64,000 nt of DNA from a candidate division WOR-3 bacterium (GCA_965649265.1 CBFGKC010000003.1:51776-115775); one strand, 5' to 3'; counted from the first letter of the stretch, positions 9,655 to 20,280 are shown. A program made the numbers and translations. The notes: generated by a model not told the origin, from the letters alone.

Positions 9655-10368
9655 TTAGTTTGGATTTGCTTGACGTCTGAGGTCTTCGAAAGAAAGATGT
9701 AAGCGATAGTTGATTCTTGCGATTTCTGATTTGGTGTCGCAGTTAACCCGCGGGTATATAGGATGCCCTATATAAACTTCGATGCGGCGGTTAAGTACAT
9801 TACCTAACACAGAAAATGCGCCTTCCCAGGCCTCATTAATCCATGGTCTAGAGTATGGCTCAGGTCCAAGGATTAGATTCTTGAGATAAACGGGAACAAT
9901 GGGCGTATTGGTCTTGATCGCCAGGAATGCAGCTCCTTTATTGATTCCTGAAATTGCTCCGTCTCTGTCAAGATGAGCGGAAGGGAAAATCCCTAAGTTC
10001 TGTTTGTGTTTTAAAAGCTCTATAGCCCTTTTTATTCCCTTGAAATTGCACAAACCTTCGTTAATGGCAACCGGTATCATATCGCAAAAGAAAGTCATGA
10101 AGAATTTTATGAAACGCCCTTCAAACCATTTTTTGGCTGCGAGCATGAAGAGTCGGCGCTTGAGAGCAATCTGCAGAATTATGGAATCCACGCCGGTTAC
10201 GTGGTTGGCTACCACTATCGTATTTCTCTTGAGATTCTTCCGGAAGTCCATACCGAATATCTTGATTCTGACCAGGCGACCGTAGGCTTTTAGAAATGTA
10301 TTCTTGAGACTCGTAAAGAAAGATCGTATTTCTGATGGCCAAAGCTTTGGCCCACCGTGTAAGTCCAT
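9655..10368 (-). CDS. plsC: 1-acyl-sn-glycerol-3-phosphate acyltransferase family (PlsC-like)
   Basis: NHVTGVD (NHx4D), GIFPSA (variant of FPEG), GAAFLA..TPIVPV. Confidence 0.8.
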   Translation of the reverse strand: MDLHGGPKLWPSEIRSFFTSLKNTFLKAYGRLVRIKIFGMDFRKNLKRNTIVVANHVTGVDSIILQIALKRRLFMLAAKKWFEGRFIKFFMTFFCDMIPVAINEGLCNFKGIKRAIELLKHKQNLGIFPSAHLDRDGAISGINKGAAFLAIKTNTPIVPVYLKNLILGPEPYSRPWINEAWEGAFSVLGNVLNRRIEVYIGHPIYPRVNCDTKSEIARINYRLHLSFEDLRRQANPN

Positions 10369-10581
10369 AAGATAAATTTAATCCGTATAATGTAGTTGTC
10401 AATCCCGAAAAATTGCATGTGTTTCCGGTCTAAAAAAGCAATGAACTATGATTCGTCAGAAACCAATCGTCGGTTATGAGTAGTCAGCAGCTTCCGAAAA
10501 TTCTTTTTGAAGAATACAGGAGTTGCATCTTTCTTGGATTTCAAGTGCTTGACAAAAGGCGTAAGACCTCTATAGTTTTGC

Positions 10582-11553
10582 GTGGACGAGATGCAAGACA
10601 CCAAAGAGAGTCAAAATCTTGAAGAAATGAATCTGGACGAGCTTCGTGATTATACCGAGCAAAGGCTTACAGAGATACTATCGGTTCTTTCCGACGTTGC
10701 ACTGGGTGATCTGACTGTAGAGGTCCCTATAACAAGTGAGGATATATTCGGTTCCGTTGCCATGGGTGTCAATGTAATGGTTAAAGGACTGAGGGAGCTC
10801 AAAGCACAGGATGAAGAAAAGACCCACTTGCTCGAAAAAACAAATCAGGAACTCGAGGATTTCGTATACATTGTAAGTCACGATCTAAAGGCCCCACTGA
10901 GGGCAATGATGGGTTTCTCAAGGTTTCTCAAAGAGGATTACCAATCCAAGCTTGATGAGGTCGGGCAGGACTACGTAAGAAGGATTGTCGGAGGTGCCGA
11001 AAGGATGGAGCGCCTTATTAACGATCTACTGGAACTCTCACGTATCGGGCGACACCGCAACCCGTTCAAGGAATCGGATTCCGGAGAACTTGTCAAACAA
11101 GCCGTTGAATTCGTTCATCCTGATCCGAACGTAGAGATCGTTATTAAAGACGACATGCCTGTAATATGGTGCGACGAGGTAAGGATAGTTCAGGTCTTTT
11201 CCAATCTTATAAGCAACGCGATCAAATACAACAACCAGCCGCAAAAGACAATAGAGATATGCTGGGTTTCTCATCCGGAGGACGGATTGGACGAGTTTAC
11301 GGTTCACGATAACGGTATAGGCATTGAAGAAAAGCACATGGAAAAGATATTCAGGATATTCCAGAGGCTTCATAGCCAGGATGAATACGGAGGTGGCACT
11401 GGCGTCGGTCTCAACATTGTGAAGAAAATAGTCGAGCAGCACGGGGGCAAGATATGGGTTCAGTCTGCCCCAGGTCAGGGTTCGACGTTCCATTTTACTC
11501 TTCGCCGCCCTATTGATGAGGACGAAGTAACTAAAGGAGTATGGGAAGCTTGA
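10582..11553 (+). CDS. cytoplasmic sensor histidine kinase (HAMP-like + HisKA + HATPase), orphan
   Basis: SHDLKAPL H-box, NLISNAIKY N-box, DNGIG, GTGVGL; no response regulator nearby. Confidence 0.9.
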   Translation: MDEMQDTKESQNLEEMNLDELRDYTEQRLTEILSVLSDVALGDLTVEVPITSEDIFGSVAMGVNVMVKGLRELKAQDEEKTHLLEKTNQELEDFVYIVSHDLKAPLRAMMGFSRFLKEDYQSKLDEVGQDYVRRIVGGAERMERLINDLLELSRIGRHRNPFKESDSGELVKQAVEFVHPDPNVEIVIKDDMPVIWCDEVRIVQVFSNLISNAIKYNNQPQKTIEICWVSHPEDGLDEFTVHDNGIGIEEKHMEKIFRIFQRLHSQDEYGGGTGVGLNIVKKIVEQHGGKIWVQSAPGQGSTFHFTLRRPIDEDEVTKGVWEA

Positions 11554-11586
11554 CAAATTTCTTTGACGGAGTAGTGTGATTTATAT

Positions 11587-11850
11587 ATGGATAGGTTTAT
11601 TTGCGTCCATACCTGCCCTCGTGAAGAGGCGCTCGTAATTGCCGGGCTGCTTCGAGCCTCGGAGATAGCAGTGCATCTTATAGAAGATTCACCTGGCAAC
11701 CTTCGTCCTTTTTCGGACAAGAAACCAGTTGTCCGGATAATGGTTCCACGCGAAGCGGCGGAATTCGCTTATCAACTTATCAGGGATTCGCAGGAGCAGG
11801 ATTTCGCCGATTTCGAACAGAGCGCCGAGCAAGACGACCAAGAGTCTTAG
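11587..11850 (+). CDS. DUF2007-like small protein
   Basis: EALVIAGLLRASEI...VRIMVPREAAE pattern. Confidence 0.65.
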   Translation: MDRFICVHTCPREEALVIAGLLRASEIAVHLIEDSPGNLRPFSDKKPVVRIMVPREAAEFAYQLIRDSQEQDFADFEQSAEQDDQES

Positions 11851-11957
11851 TTCCTCAAACCATCAGCGGTCAAAAAATCCAGGAGTTTTCTACTGAAAAA
11901 AGCTTCACCCTGTTGGTATAATCATAATGGTTTGTATTTTTCAAGGAGTAAGGAAAG

Positions 11958-13529
11958 TCAGAATGTTGCAGGAACCTTTGTGCCATCACCTTCTACCAGC
12001 CACTTCCACGTTTTTTCAATCCTGTCCCAATTTTCTTCTCTGTCAAGCGACCAGTAGCGGCCTATGACGCCTGCGACCTTTCCCAGTTGCATGGCCCTGC
12101 ACTCTTCTTCAATCATGCCCACGTACCTGGCGCCTGCCTGAGGTCTTTCCCCGCGTCTTCCAAGCATTGCATGAACGAAGACGTTATCAGCGTTCCGGAT
12201 TTTGCAGAGCTTAAGAAGTGCACGTAGATGCTCGATTGATCCGTGAGAGGAGTAGAAGCTGACAATGCCGAGAAGATGCAGCGCCCTGCCTCCGGTTTTT
12301 GCCCCATCGATGGCCCATTTAAAGATTTCGTTCTCCATGAAAGAACCGTCGGCGATCGCTTGATCTATTCTGACCCTGTCAGATGGAACGTGTCTGCCTG
12401 CGCCTATGTGAAGGTGTCCTACTTCCGAGTTCCCTACGCTCCTTTCCGGCAATCCGACCCAAACTCCTGCTGCGGCAAGTGTCGTGTGCTGCCGGGAATT
12501 CCAGAGGTTATCGAAATTCGGCGTGTTCGCTCTAATAATCATGTTACCGAATGAATCCTCATTGTAACCCCAGCCGTCTAAAATGATGAGCAGGAGTCTT
12601 TTTGCGCAAGGGGCCTTACCATTTATCAACGAATTGCCGTTCATCTCGAGTGGTTTCTCCAAATCGCAGAGCGAGAGGATAGTAGGTGCGACATCACGCA
12701 ACTCACCTTGATTGAGGCTGTAATCGCCGGGGGCATCGATTATGAAAGGGACCGGACTTCGGGTATGTCCCGTGTCTATACCCCCCTCCGGGTAAAGCCA
12801 GTGCTCAACCGTTCCGTGATCGGCGGTCACAATCGTAATCACATCATTCCTTCTGGCGCATAAAAGCATCTTCCCCAGGCTTTCATCCACCGTCTCGATC
12901 GCTTTCAGCACGGCCTTTTCATTCTCAAAGTGCCCGACCACATCAACGTTGCACAGGTTGACGATGATTATATCTGCCGTCGGGTCAGCGAGAGCCTTAC
13001 AGGTTTCATCCGTCACCATCACGGCCGACATCTCGGGTGCTTCATCGAATGTGGCTACATCTTTGCGCGTCGGGATGGTGATCCGCTCCTCTCCAGGATA
13101 AGGCTCCTCCCGCTTCCCGTTCAGAAAGTATGAGACGTGAATCGCTTTCTCCGCCTCCGTGATCTTGAGTACACGTTTACCGGCATTTGAAAGAACCTCG
13201 CCAAGCGTATTACGGAGTCTCTCTAAAGGAGGAAAGGCTTCCCTGACTCGAAGACCGCTGTGATAGTGTATCATCGTCGCGAAAGTAAGATTGAGATTTC
13301 TGATCTTGAAGTGATGGAATTCCGGTTCGGTAAGAGCTTCGGTAAGTTCTACTTCCCGTTCCCCTCTGATATCGTAAAAGATTACCGAATCTCCTTCTTG
13401 AATGCGTCCTATAGGATTGCCTTGATCATCAACCAGAACGTGCGGCACGAGCAATTCATCCTCTTGGTCGGAATCGTAGGCCTCAAGGATTGCCTTTGCG
13501 AGAGGGGTTTTAAGAGAGGGCTCGTTCAT
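11958..13529 (-). CDS. gpmI: 2,3-BPG-independent phosphoglycerate mutase, circularly permuted
   Basis: All iPGM motifs present (LIILDGWG, GNSEVGH, GRYWSLDR, NVDVVGH, TADHG, TGHT) but the canonical C-terminal half comes first. Confidence 0.88.
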   Translation of the reverse strand: MNEPSLKTPLAKAILEAYDSDQEDELLVPHVLVDDQGNPIGRIQEGDSVIFYDIRGEREVELTEALTEPEFHHFKIRNLNLTFATMIHYHSGLRVREAFPPLERLRNTLGEVLSNAGKRVLKITEAEKAIHVSYFLNGKREEPYPGEERITIPTRKDVATFDEAPEMSAVMVTDETCKALADPTADIIIVNLCNVDVVGHFENEKAVLKAIETVDESLGKMLLCARRNDVITIVTADHGTVEHWLYPEGGIDTGHTRSPVPFIIDAPGDYSLNQGELRDVAPTILSLCDLEKPLEMNGNSLINGKAPCAKRLLLIILDGWGYNEDSFGNMIIRANTPNFDNLWNSRQHTTLAAAGVWVGLPERSVGNSEVGHLHIGAGRHVPSDRVRIDQAIADGSFMENEIFKWAIDGAKTGGRALHLLGIVSFYSSHGSIEHLRALLKLCKIRNADNVFVHAMLGRRGERPQAGARYVGMIEEECRAMQLGKVAGVIGRYWSLDREENWDRIEKTWKWLVEGDGTKVPATF

Positions 13530-13672
13530 TCCTTTGAATTATATTCGACTACCTGTGATTGGCAAGATATCAGAGTCCCACTGTAAAAAGGCTCAGAATC
13601 TGCAAAATAAGTGTTGACCAGCCCAAAAACGCGGATATAGTCTTATTTCTAACCTTAAAAAAGGAGGATGAA

Positions 13673-13966
13673 ATGCAAGAAAAAGCGAGGACAAGAACAG
13701 TACGTCTGACGCTCTCGCCTTTCGTGAAAGTCTTACTCGTGGTTATCGCGGTAGCCCTGTCGGTCATTGCAATGAGAGGGCTTCTTTCCCCCTCCTCCCT
13801 CTATGCGCAGTCTAACTCGGGCACAATGGACGTAAACATAGAGAGTATCGGCGGAACATCAATTTACGGATCCATTCCGGTCGACATAAAGGATTTTCCC
13901 TACGAGGGGCTGAAGATATCCGAATTCCCTTACTCGGGATTGAAAGTTGAAGTCAAGAACAACTAG
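13673..13966 (+). CDS. hypothetical membrane-anchored protein
   Basis: AAGGAGG RBS; one TM segment; short internal repeat DFPYEGLKI / EFPYSGLKV. Confidence 0.65.
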   Translation: MQEKARTRTVRLTLSPFVKVLLVVIAVALSVIAMRGLLSPSSLYAQSNSGTMDVNIESIGGTSIYGSIPVDIKDFPYEGLKISEFPYSGLKVEVKNN

Positions 13967-14047
13967 GTTTCTGAAGTTGTTATTCAGGCAGGAGGTATGG
14001 GGATAATTTAACCTTGACACCGGCTTAAGCATCCATAAACTTCATGC

Positions 14048-14812
14048 ATGGGTTTATTATTGCTTATAACGTTCTTTACGCAGTATGCAGACGTTTATGC
14101 TCCCCAGAAACCTCTTGATGTGGAGTCAGGGACTACCGTGTCCGCGGCCAGCGCGGAACTGGATTTTGTGTACAGAAATGCAAACGGTGACAGTACCATC
14201 TCATCCCCCTTTTTAACACGCATCTCCTTTTCTCCGGATGGTTACAACGACTTTGGAGTAAATCTGCCTATCATGTGGGTTTTGGTGAACGATGCTCACA
14301 AGATTTTTATCGGGAATATGGATGTTCATTACAAACGTCGAATAATAGGTTCACTCCCATACGGGTATCTCTCTGCCAAGGCTAACGCTCACTTTCTGTC
14401 ATCGCCGCCGGATGATTCCTTGGGGATTAGGGATTTCCTTGGCGAGGCCAGATCCACATACGGTCTTGGTCTGGCCTACACCTATGAAATGCGTCTACTC
14501 AAGGAGTATAAGGATATCATCGGCAACCTTCCGCTTGTTGGTACCGTTGCTGTCGAAGACAATTTTCTTTACAGAGACGGTACCACTAAAGAGTGGGGCA
14601 CCGATTTCGCCAGCGGATTCGCATGGGGTGCATCTGTTGACGTACTTCCTCTTGCGTTCGTTTTTGCCGGCGCATCGGTGGAGGGAACGAGCGATGGTGT
14701 AACAATAGCACCGCATCTGGGAGTACGCTGGTTCTGGATTGACCTTGCCGCAAGCTACAGAATTGCACCTTCGAGACAAAGTTTCAATGTGAGTTTCAGG
14801 TTCTTCCTGTAG
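14048..14812 (+). CDS. hypothetical outer-membrane beta-barrel-like protein
   Basis: Short signal; alternating hydrophobic strands; ends FNVSFRFFL. Confidence 0.6.
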   Translation: MGLLLLITFFTQYADVYAPQKPLDVESGTTVSAASAELDFVYRNANGDSTISSPFLTRISFSPDGYNDFGVNLPIMWVLVNDAHKIFIGNMDVHYKRRIIGSLPYGYLSAKANAHFLSSPPDDSLGIRDFLGEARSTYGLGLAYTYEMRLLKEYKDIIGNLPLVGTVAVEDNFLYRDGTTKEWGTDFASGFAWGASVDVLPLAFVFAGASVEGTSDGVTIAPHLGVRWFWIDLAASYRIAPSRQSFNVSFRFFL

Positions 14813-14885
14813 TATCCCTGAATCCTTTAATTGGTGACAAAACAAGGGATGGGAAGCGTTTAATTGTTTCAGGGCTTTGAGGGAA

Positions 14886-15749
14886 TTACCTTACGATCCG
14901 GCCGATGCGTTCCCAGTTTATCCGTGCGATTCGCTCGAGAAGATTGTTTCCCTCGCCTAAAGAGAAATAGATGACGACAGGTGATCCCTTGAGGAATTTT
15001 ATAGGAATCGGTCCCCAGTAGCGGCAGTCGTCGGACTGGTCGCGGTTATCTCCCATGCCGAAGACATAACCCTGGGGAATAATAATCGGACCGAAGTTGT
15101 CGCGCACCTCGTAGCGGCGTTCGAATTCAAGGTTCAGCCAGCGTTGGTTGAATTCTTCGCGGGCAACTACGGGTGGAAAGAGCGACGGGTCCTTGTGGGT
15201 CACGTAGCGCGAGTCGTCAAAAGCCTTTCCATTAACGTAAACTTGTTTGTTTATCACCTCGACTGTATCCCCAGGAAGCCCTATGCAGCGTTTGACGTAA
15301 TTGTGAGGCGAGTACCATGTAAAGTGCTTTTCCCATTTATCCCAGAAGATCGGCAAGAGCGGGAACCATTTCGGGAAAAAACGGCCATACCTCTCCTCGG
15401 GTTCGGGCCACCTCGTGTCCCTGGGATAGCGAAATACGATTATCTCCCCGCGCTTTGGCAGCCTCCCCGGGATTATGTCTGCGTTCGTAAAAGGAGCCTT
15501 GAATCCGTAAACGAACTTGTTGACGAGAAGAAAATCGCCCGGAAGAATCGTATCTTCCATTGATCCTGTAGGAACCGTGAAGGCCTCAATGACGAAGGCG
15601 CGTATGGCGAGAACGATGAGGATCACTAGCCCCCACGAGCGCACGAACTCCCACAGCCTGCGTCCGAAAGGCTTCTTCTGTTTTCTGGGCTGCTCGATCC
15701 TGTTCTGCTGCGGCTGCTCTATGTTCCTTTTCTTCTTGCTCTTCGACAT
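14886..15749 (-). CDS. lepB: signal peptidase I
   Basis: PTGSMEDT (Ser), YVKRCIG (Lys), GDNRDQSDDCRYWG. Confidence 0.93.
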   Translation of the reverse strand: MSKSKKKRNIEQPQQNRIEQPRKQKKPFGRRLWEFVRSWGLVILIVLAIRAFVIEAFTVPTGSMEDTILPGDFLLVNKFVYGFKAPFTNADIIPGRLPKRGEIIVFRYPRDTRWPEPEERYGRFFPKWFPLLPIFWDKWEKHFTWYSPHNYVKRCIGLPGDTVEVINKQVYVNGKAFDDSRYVTHKDPSLFPPVVAREEFNQRWLNLEFERRYEVRDNFGPIIIPQGYVFGMGDNRDQSDDCRYWGPIPIKFLKGSPVVIYFSLGEGNNLLERIARINWERIGRIVR

Positions 15750-15877
15750 AAGACGACATTATAGGTGTCCAAGACGCTTAGTCAACAGTAATCGTAAGGA
15801 TTCTTTCTATACTATTTATATTTGTTTTCGGCTGTGTGTTATAAATTGGTAAAAAAATCCCTATATCCCTGATGAAA

Positions 15878-17098
15878 TTAATTGACCACTTTTCCGATTC
15901 TCTCCCAGTGCGTTCCAAGTATCCTCATTGGAATACTCAGCTTGTTGGAGTCCCTGTCGAACTCGTCGCCGAGCGAGTAGTAGCATACCGCGGGTGAACC
16001 CTTTAGCATCTCTTGCGGGACGAATCCCCAGTAGCGGCAGTCATGTGAATAATCCCTGTTGTCGCCCATTCCGAATACCATTCCTTTAGGAACGACAATC
16101 GGTCCAAAGTTGTCACGCATATAGAAATGCATTATGTATGATACGTAGAGTGAACTGTCAATATCGGGCAGGGTATCGTTGTACGCACGCAGATATATCC
16201 GGTTGTAGTAATTCTTGAGATCGAAAGAATCCTTTTCGGGCAGAGGAAGTTCGAGAGGCATGCCGTTTTCTCTCAAAGTCCTGAGATGTCTGGGAAGCAT
16301 GTAAAAGCTTAATATGTAATGCATGTAGAGTTTTTCTGGAATCCTGCCTGTGTAATAGAGCTTGTTGAAGAGACTGTCGCAGTATAGACGAATGTTTTTG
16401 AAAGTCACTTTGTCGAAGTTTCCATAGTTTTTGTAGACTGCGGAATCGGAATAGTATAGGCTGTCCTTGAATTGGAAGCAGATGAGGTCCATCCAGCGTT
16501 TTGAAAACTCCTCGCGCGGTATCAGCCTTGGGAAAAGATAAGGATCTTGGAATACGGCTTTGTCCTTATCGTCAAATGGTTTTCCGTTGATGTAAAGGTG
16601 TTTATCTACAACTTCAACGGTGTCGCCCGGCAATCCAACACATCGCTTGACCCAGTTTTCGGGTGCGTAGAAACTGAACTTCCTTTCCCAGCGGTCCCAG
16701 TGAATGGGCAAGAGCGGGAACCATTTGGGAAAGAATCGAGCATAACGCTCGTCGGGCTGCGGCCATCGGCCGTGGTGCGGGTATCGAAAAACGATTACAT
16801 CACCCGTTCTCGGTGCACGTCCGGGGATGATGTCTTTGTTCGTGAAGGGCATCTTGAAACCGTAACGAAACTTATTCACGAGCAAGGCGTCTCCGGGCAT
16901 TATGGTTTCCTCCATCGATCCCGTAGGTACGATCATGGACTCAACACCGAATGCCCTGATGACGAGTACGAGCAAGATGATGGTTGACCAGTCCCTTATG
17001 AAATGCCACGTTTTTCTCCAGAAGCCTCTCTTGGGTTTTACGACCCCCTCCTTACTGCTGGTCCCTTCTGTAAAACTACTCATCGGCTGCTTTGCCAT
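15878..17098 (-). CDS. lepB: signal peptidase I paralog with large insertion
   Basis: PTGSMEET, WVKRCVG, GDNRDYSHDCRYWG; start moved to ATG 17098 because the -10 box overlaps 17107. Confidence 0.9.
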   Translation of the reverse strand: MAKQPMSSFTEGTSSKEGVVKPKRGFWRKTWHFIRDWSTIILLVLVIRAFGVESMIVPTGSMEETIMPGDALLVNKFRYGFKMPFTNKDIIPGRAPRTGDVIVFRYPHHGRWPQPDERYARFFPKWFPLLPIHWDRWERKFSFYAPENWVKRCVGLPGDTVEVVDKHLYINGKPFDDKDKAVFQDPYLFPRLIPREEFSKRWMDLICFQFKDSLYYSDSAVYKNYGNFDKVTFKNIRLYCDSLFNKLYYTGRIPEKLYMHYILSFYMLPRHLRTLRENGMPLELPLPEKDSFDLKNYYNRIYLRAYNDTLPDIDSSLYVSYIMHFYMRDNFGPIVVPKGMVFGMGDNRDYSHDCRYWGFVPQEMLKGSPAVCYYSLGDEFDRDSNKLSIPMRILGTHWERIGKVVN

Positions 17099-17234
17099 AA
17101 GTGGCATTATAAAGTATCCTAAATTCCTGTCAATAGAAGACGGATATTCTTATCTAAGTTACAAGAACATCTGTTCGGGAATGCTCAGGTGAAATGGCGT
17201 AATCTTCCAAGCTTCTTAAGATCAGGGTAAGGGG

Positions 17235-17687
17235 CTAAAAATCAATGATTCTTCTTGCCCCGGCATAGCGGTGTTCGTAGTAGATGTTACCGGTAAAGGG
17301 GACGACGATTACGCCGTCAGTAGAGGATGCATGAACCATTTTACCGTCCCAAAGGTAAATGCCCACATGATTGACCTCTTTCGAACCCTGTGTTTTGAAG
17401 AAAACAAGATCACCAATCTTAAGGGCCTCTCTTGAAACGCTCTTGCCCATTTTGAACTGGCCTGAAGCCGTATGAGGTAGCTTGACGCCAAACCTTGCGA
17501 AGACGGTCATTGTAAAACCCGAACAGTCAGTTCCGCTTGATGTTGATCCTCCGTATCTGTATGGTGTACCTTTGAACCTATGGATTTCCTCCACAAGAGC
17601 ATCCCTCGTAGGAGTGCGAATTACTGTCGAGGACATACACCCCATCAGACTCAAAAGAAGAACGCAGACTACTTGTATGGCTCGCAT
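17235..17687 (-). CDS. NlpC/P60 (C40) peptidoglycan endopeptidase lipoprotein
   Basis: PYRYGG, DCSGF, GDLVFF, HVGIY, HASS; lipobox LMGC. Confidence 0.92.
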   Translation of the reverse strand: MRAIQVVCVLLLSLMGCMSSTVIRTPTRDALVEEIHRFKGTPYRYGGSTSSGTDCSGFTMTVFARFGVKLPHTASGQFKMGKSVSREALKIGDLVFFKTQGSKEVNHVGIYLWDGKMVHASSTDGVIVVPFTGNIYYEHRYAGARRIIDF

Positions 17688-17719
17688 CCTTCCCTTTCGA
17701 AGCAGGGTCCACATAATCT

Positions 17720-19744
17720 TTAATTCAAGTTATCTTCGAGGAGTGCGTTTATCTCCGATGAAAGAATTTTGTCAACGTTTTGGAATCTTCCAACGTGCTG
17801 GAACTGAAGCCGTCCCTTTTTGTCGATAACAAGATGTGTGGGTATTGATTGAATATCAAACATTGATGCAACCTGGCCGTTGTCCAAGAAGACTTGGTAT
17901 AAGAAAGTGTTTTGATTCAGGAATTCGTTGATTATTTTGGCATCCTCGTTGGATACGCCAAGAAAAACTACATCGTCTCGATCTTGGAATTCCTTGACCA
18001 GAGAGTTAAGCTGAGGCATCTCTTCTCGGCAGGGCTGACACCAGGTTGCCCAGAAGTTAATTATTACAACTTTACCTTTCAGGCTTTCAAGAGTGATCGA
18101 ATTCCCTGAGAGATCAGTAAGACGAAAATCTGGGACACTTACGTTCATCCTGTTTCTGAGAGCAACTTTCATTTTTTCGTTAAAGAACCACTCTCCAAAA
18201 CCTGTAGTATCTTCATGTTCAATCAAGTAAATATCCTTGATTGCGTCCTGTGTTGCCGTATCCTCAGGTTGAACAATTAGCAAGTTGACAAGGGCCATGA
18301 GTCTTACATCAAGATTGCCCGCCTTTTCGCTAACGGCAAGAAGCTTACGATATAATTCTTCGCTGTAAGCAGGTATCTCGGAAAGAAGCGTGTCGGCCTT
18401 GAGAAGGTTTACCAGTGCCGCATCATAATCACCCGATTTGAAAGAAAGCCAACCCTTTGTCATATATAGGCTTGCCTGGGATTGCAGGAGCTTGCTTTGA
18501 CGCACCTCAAAACTTTCCCACCAGAGTAACTTGCGATATTGATCCTGGGTAGTTTCAGCAATGGCTTTATTCATGGCCTTTGAGGCTTCGGCAAAGTTTT
18601 TTCCTTTCTCTGCCGCTGCTTCAGCGAATACAACGGCAGCTTGAGGTGTCTTCGATGCATTCAGACCGTTGCGGTAATAGTTGATGGCTGTATTCCAGCT
18701 CCTTTCCTTGTAATACTCGGCCAATTGAAAATTGAGTTCAGGGTCATTGGGATATGATTTCCACCATTTTTCGAGTTCAGTGGCCCACTCGGCGGTAGGT
18801 TGATCATATTTGACCCCAAGCATAGTTACAATAAAAGCAGGTGCAAGTTCAGATGACGGGAATTCGCTAAGAAAGGAATTGGCTATATCCTGAATTCTTC
18901 TCTGCCGCCCGCCTCCCAGTGCATAACTCATTAGGAGAAAATAGCCGCTTTCTTTCGCTTTCCCTTTTAGCAAAGGAAAGACTTCTCTTTCATAATTGCC
19001 TACTGTTTCGGGAGTTTCTTTAATGTAGCTGTATATGGAGTACTCGTAGGTGGTCCAGTACGAACTTTCGGGATATTTCTCAGCACAAACAAGCATCAGA
19101 TCTTGGGCTTTTCCTTTGAACTCCGTTGAAGTCAAAAAAAACTCCATTGACGCAAAGTAAAGAGCTTCAAGGGAGTCGGGGGCCAAAGCGATTAGAGAAT
19201 CCAACTTTGCAGCAATTGAAACCTTGTCTGTTTTACCTTCTTCAAGTTCAATCCGTTTAAGAAGGACAAATGCTGCCCAGTTCATCGGGTAGTTAACAAG
19301 TTCTTGTTCTAGAAGTTGTTGCGCTTTTGTCAAATGATCTAGGTTAGCATCTAGGTAGAGACTTGCGTAAAGACGATATGAATCATAAACGGGTTTTTCT
19401 TTGTTGTCGTATAGAGGGATTCCGTCAAAGAGCAAATCGTCCTGCATAAGAGAGGCGTCGTTATCTTCAATTGTATATTGAACAAAGCGAGCATTTTCAG
19501 GGATCTGATACGAGAAAATAAAGGATTCGGCAGCTTTCTTTCCATGAACGATTGCGACTAGAACCGTATCGGGCGTATGGGCTGAGAAGACAACCAACGG
19601 GTCTTCAGACAACCTTGGGAGCGAGTTCACAGTTAGGGTTATTTTCTCTCCTGTCTCAGGATATGCAGGTTTTATTTCAAATTGCTCAGAAGCAGCAAGA
19701 AACCCAAATAAACCAATAGCAAGTAATGTAATTCGTTGAATCAC
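17720..19744 (-). CDS. TPR-containing TlpA/ResA-like disulfide reductase
   Basis: C-terminal NFWATWCQPCREEMP and IPT; helical repeats upstream; GGAGG + GTG at 19744. Confidence 0.85.
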   Translation of the reverse strand: MIQRITLLAIGLFGFLAASEQFEIKPAYPETGEKITLTVNSLPRLSEDPLVVFSAHTPDTVLVAIVHGKKAAESFIFSYQIPENARFVQYTIEDNDASLMQDDLLFDGIPLYDNKEKPVYDSYRLYASLYLDANLDHLTKAQQLLEQELVNYPMNWAAFVLLKRIELEEGKTDKVSIAAKLDSLIALAPDSLEALYFASMEFFLTSTEFKGKAQDLMLVCAEKYPESSYWTTYEYSIYSYIKETPETVGNYEREVFPLLKGKAKESGYFLLMSYALGGGRQRRIQDIANSFLSEFPSSELAPAFIVTMLGVKYDQPTAEWATELEKWWKSYPNDPELNFQLAEYYKERSWNTAINYYRNGLNASKTPQAAVVFAEAAAEKGKNFAEASKAMNKAIAETTQDQYRKLLWWESFEVRQSKLLQSQASLYMTKGWLSFKSGDYDAALVNLLKADTLLSEIPAYSEELYRKLLAVSEKAGNLDVRLMALVNLLIVQPEDTATQDAIKDIYLIEHEDTTGFGEWFFNEKMKVALRNRMNVSVPDFRLTDLSGNSITLESLKGKVVIINFWATWCQPCREEMPQLNSLVKEFQDRDDVVFLGVSNEDAKIINEFLNQNTFLYQVFLDNGQVASMFDIQSIPTHLVIDKKGRLQFQHVGRFQNVDKILSSEINALLEDNLN

Positions 19745-19863
19745 AAAAAACCTCCAATTGCATGAAAAAATAATTTGAGGAATTATAGGTGTTGTAGATA
19801 GGGTGTCAAGGCAGCGTTTATAATAGCAGTTGACACATTGATACTCCGGCATAAGCTTGCATT

Positions 19864-20280
19864 ATGAATTTCATGGATTCTCTTTTTGTTTCAGGAATGG
19901 GAAAATGGCTCGCTGTGGCGGTTGGGTTGTTATGGCTCACGGTGATTATCCTGTTGTTGATTCATTTTGCCAGGCGCAGATCTGGCTATTATGTTGCACA
20001 CCCCTTGGTTTCAAAAGGTGCAAAGACAATCCTGCTCATTCTGGACATTATGCTTTTCATTTTGGCAGTTCTTGTTGGTGTTGTTGCGGTGAAGTTTTTT
20101 TCACATGGTTCTCTGGTCTGGGAGATCCGACTTGGGCTTATCTCAGGGGTTATTGCTTTGCTTGGTATTTTGATCGTGATCAGGGAAGGCTTTTCGTTGA
20201 GAATCTCAGCGTCAAGTGATAATACTAGTAATTCCGGTGTTTCCACGAAGACCACAAAAAAAAGTAAGAACAAAACTTGA
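19864..20280 (+). CDS. hypothetical membrane protein (3 TM)
   Basis: Three hydrophobic segments; own promoter. Confidence 0.65.
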   Translation: MNFMDSLFVSGMGKWLAVAVGLLWLTVIILLLIHFARRRSGYYVAHPLVSKGAKTILLILDIMLFILAVLVGVVAVKFFSHGSLVWEIRLGLISGVIALLGILIVIREGFSLRISASSDNTSNSGVSTKTTKKSKNKT

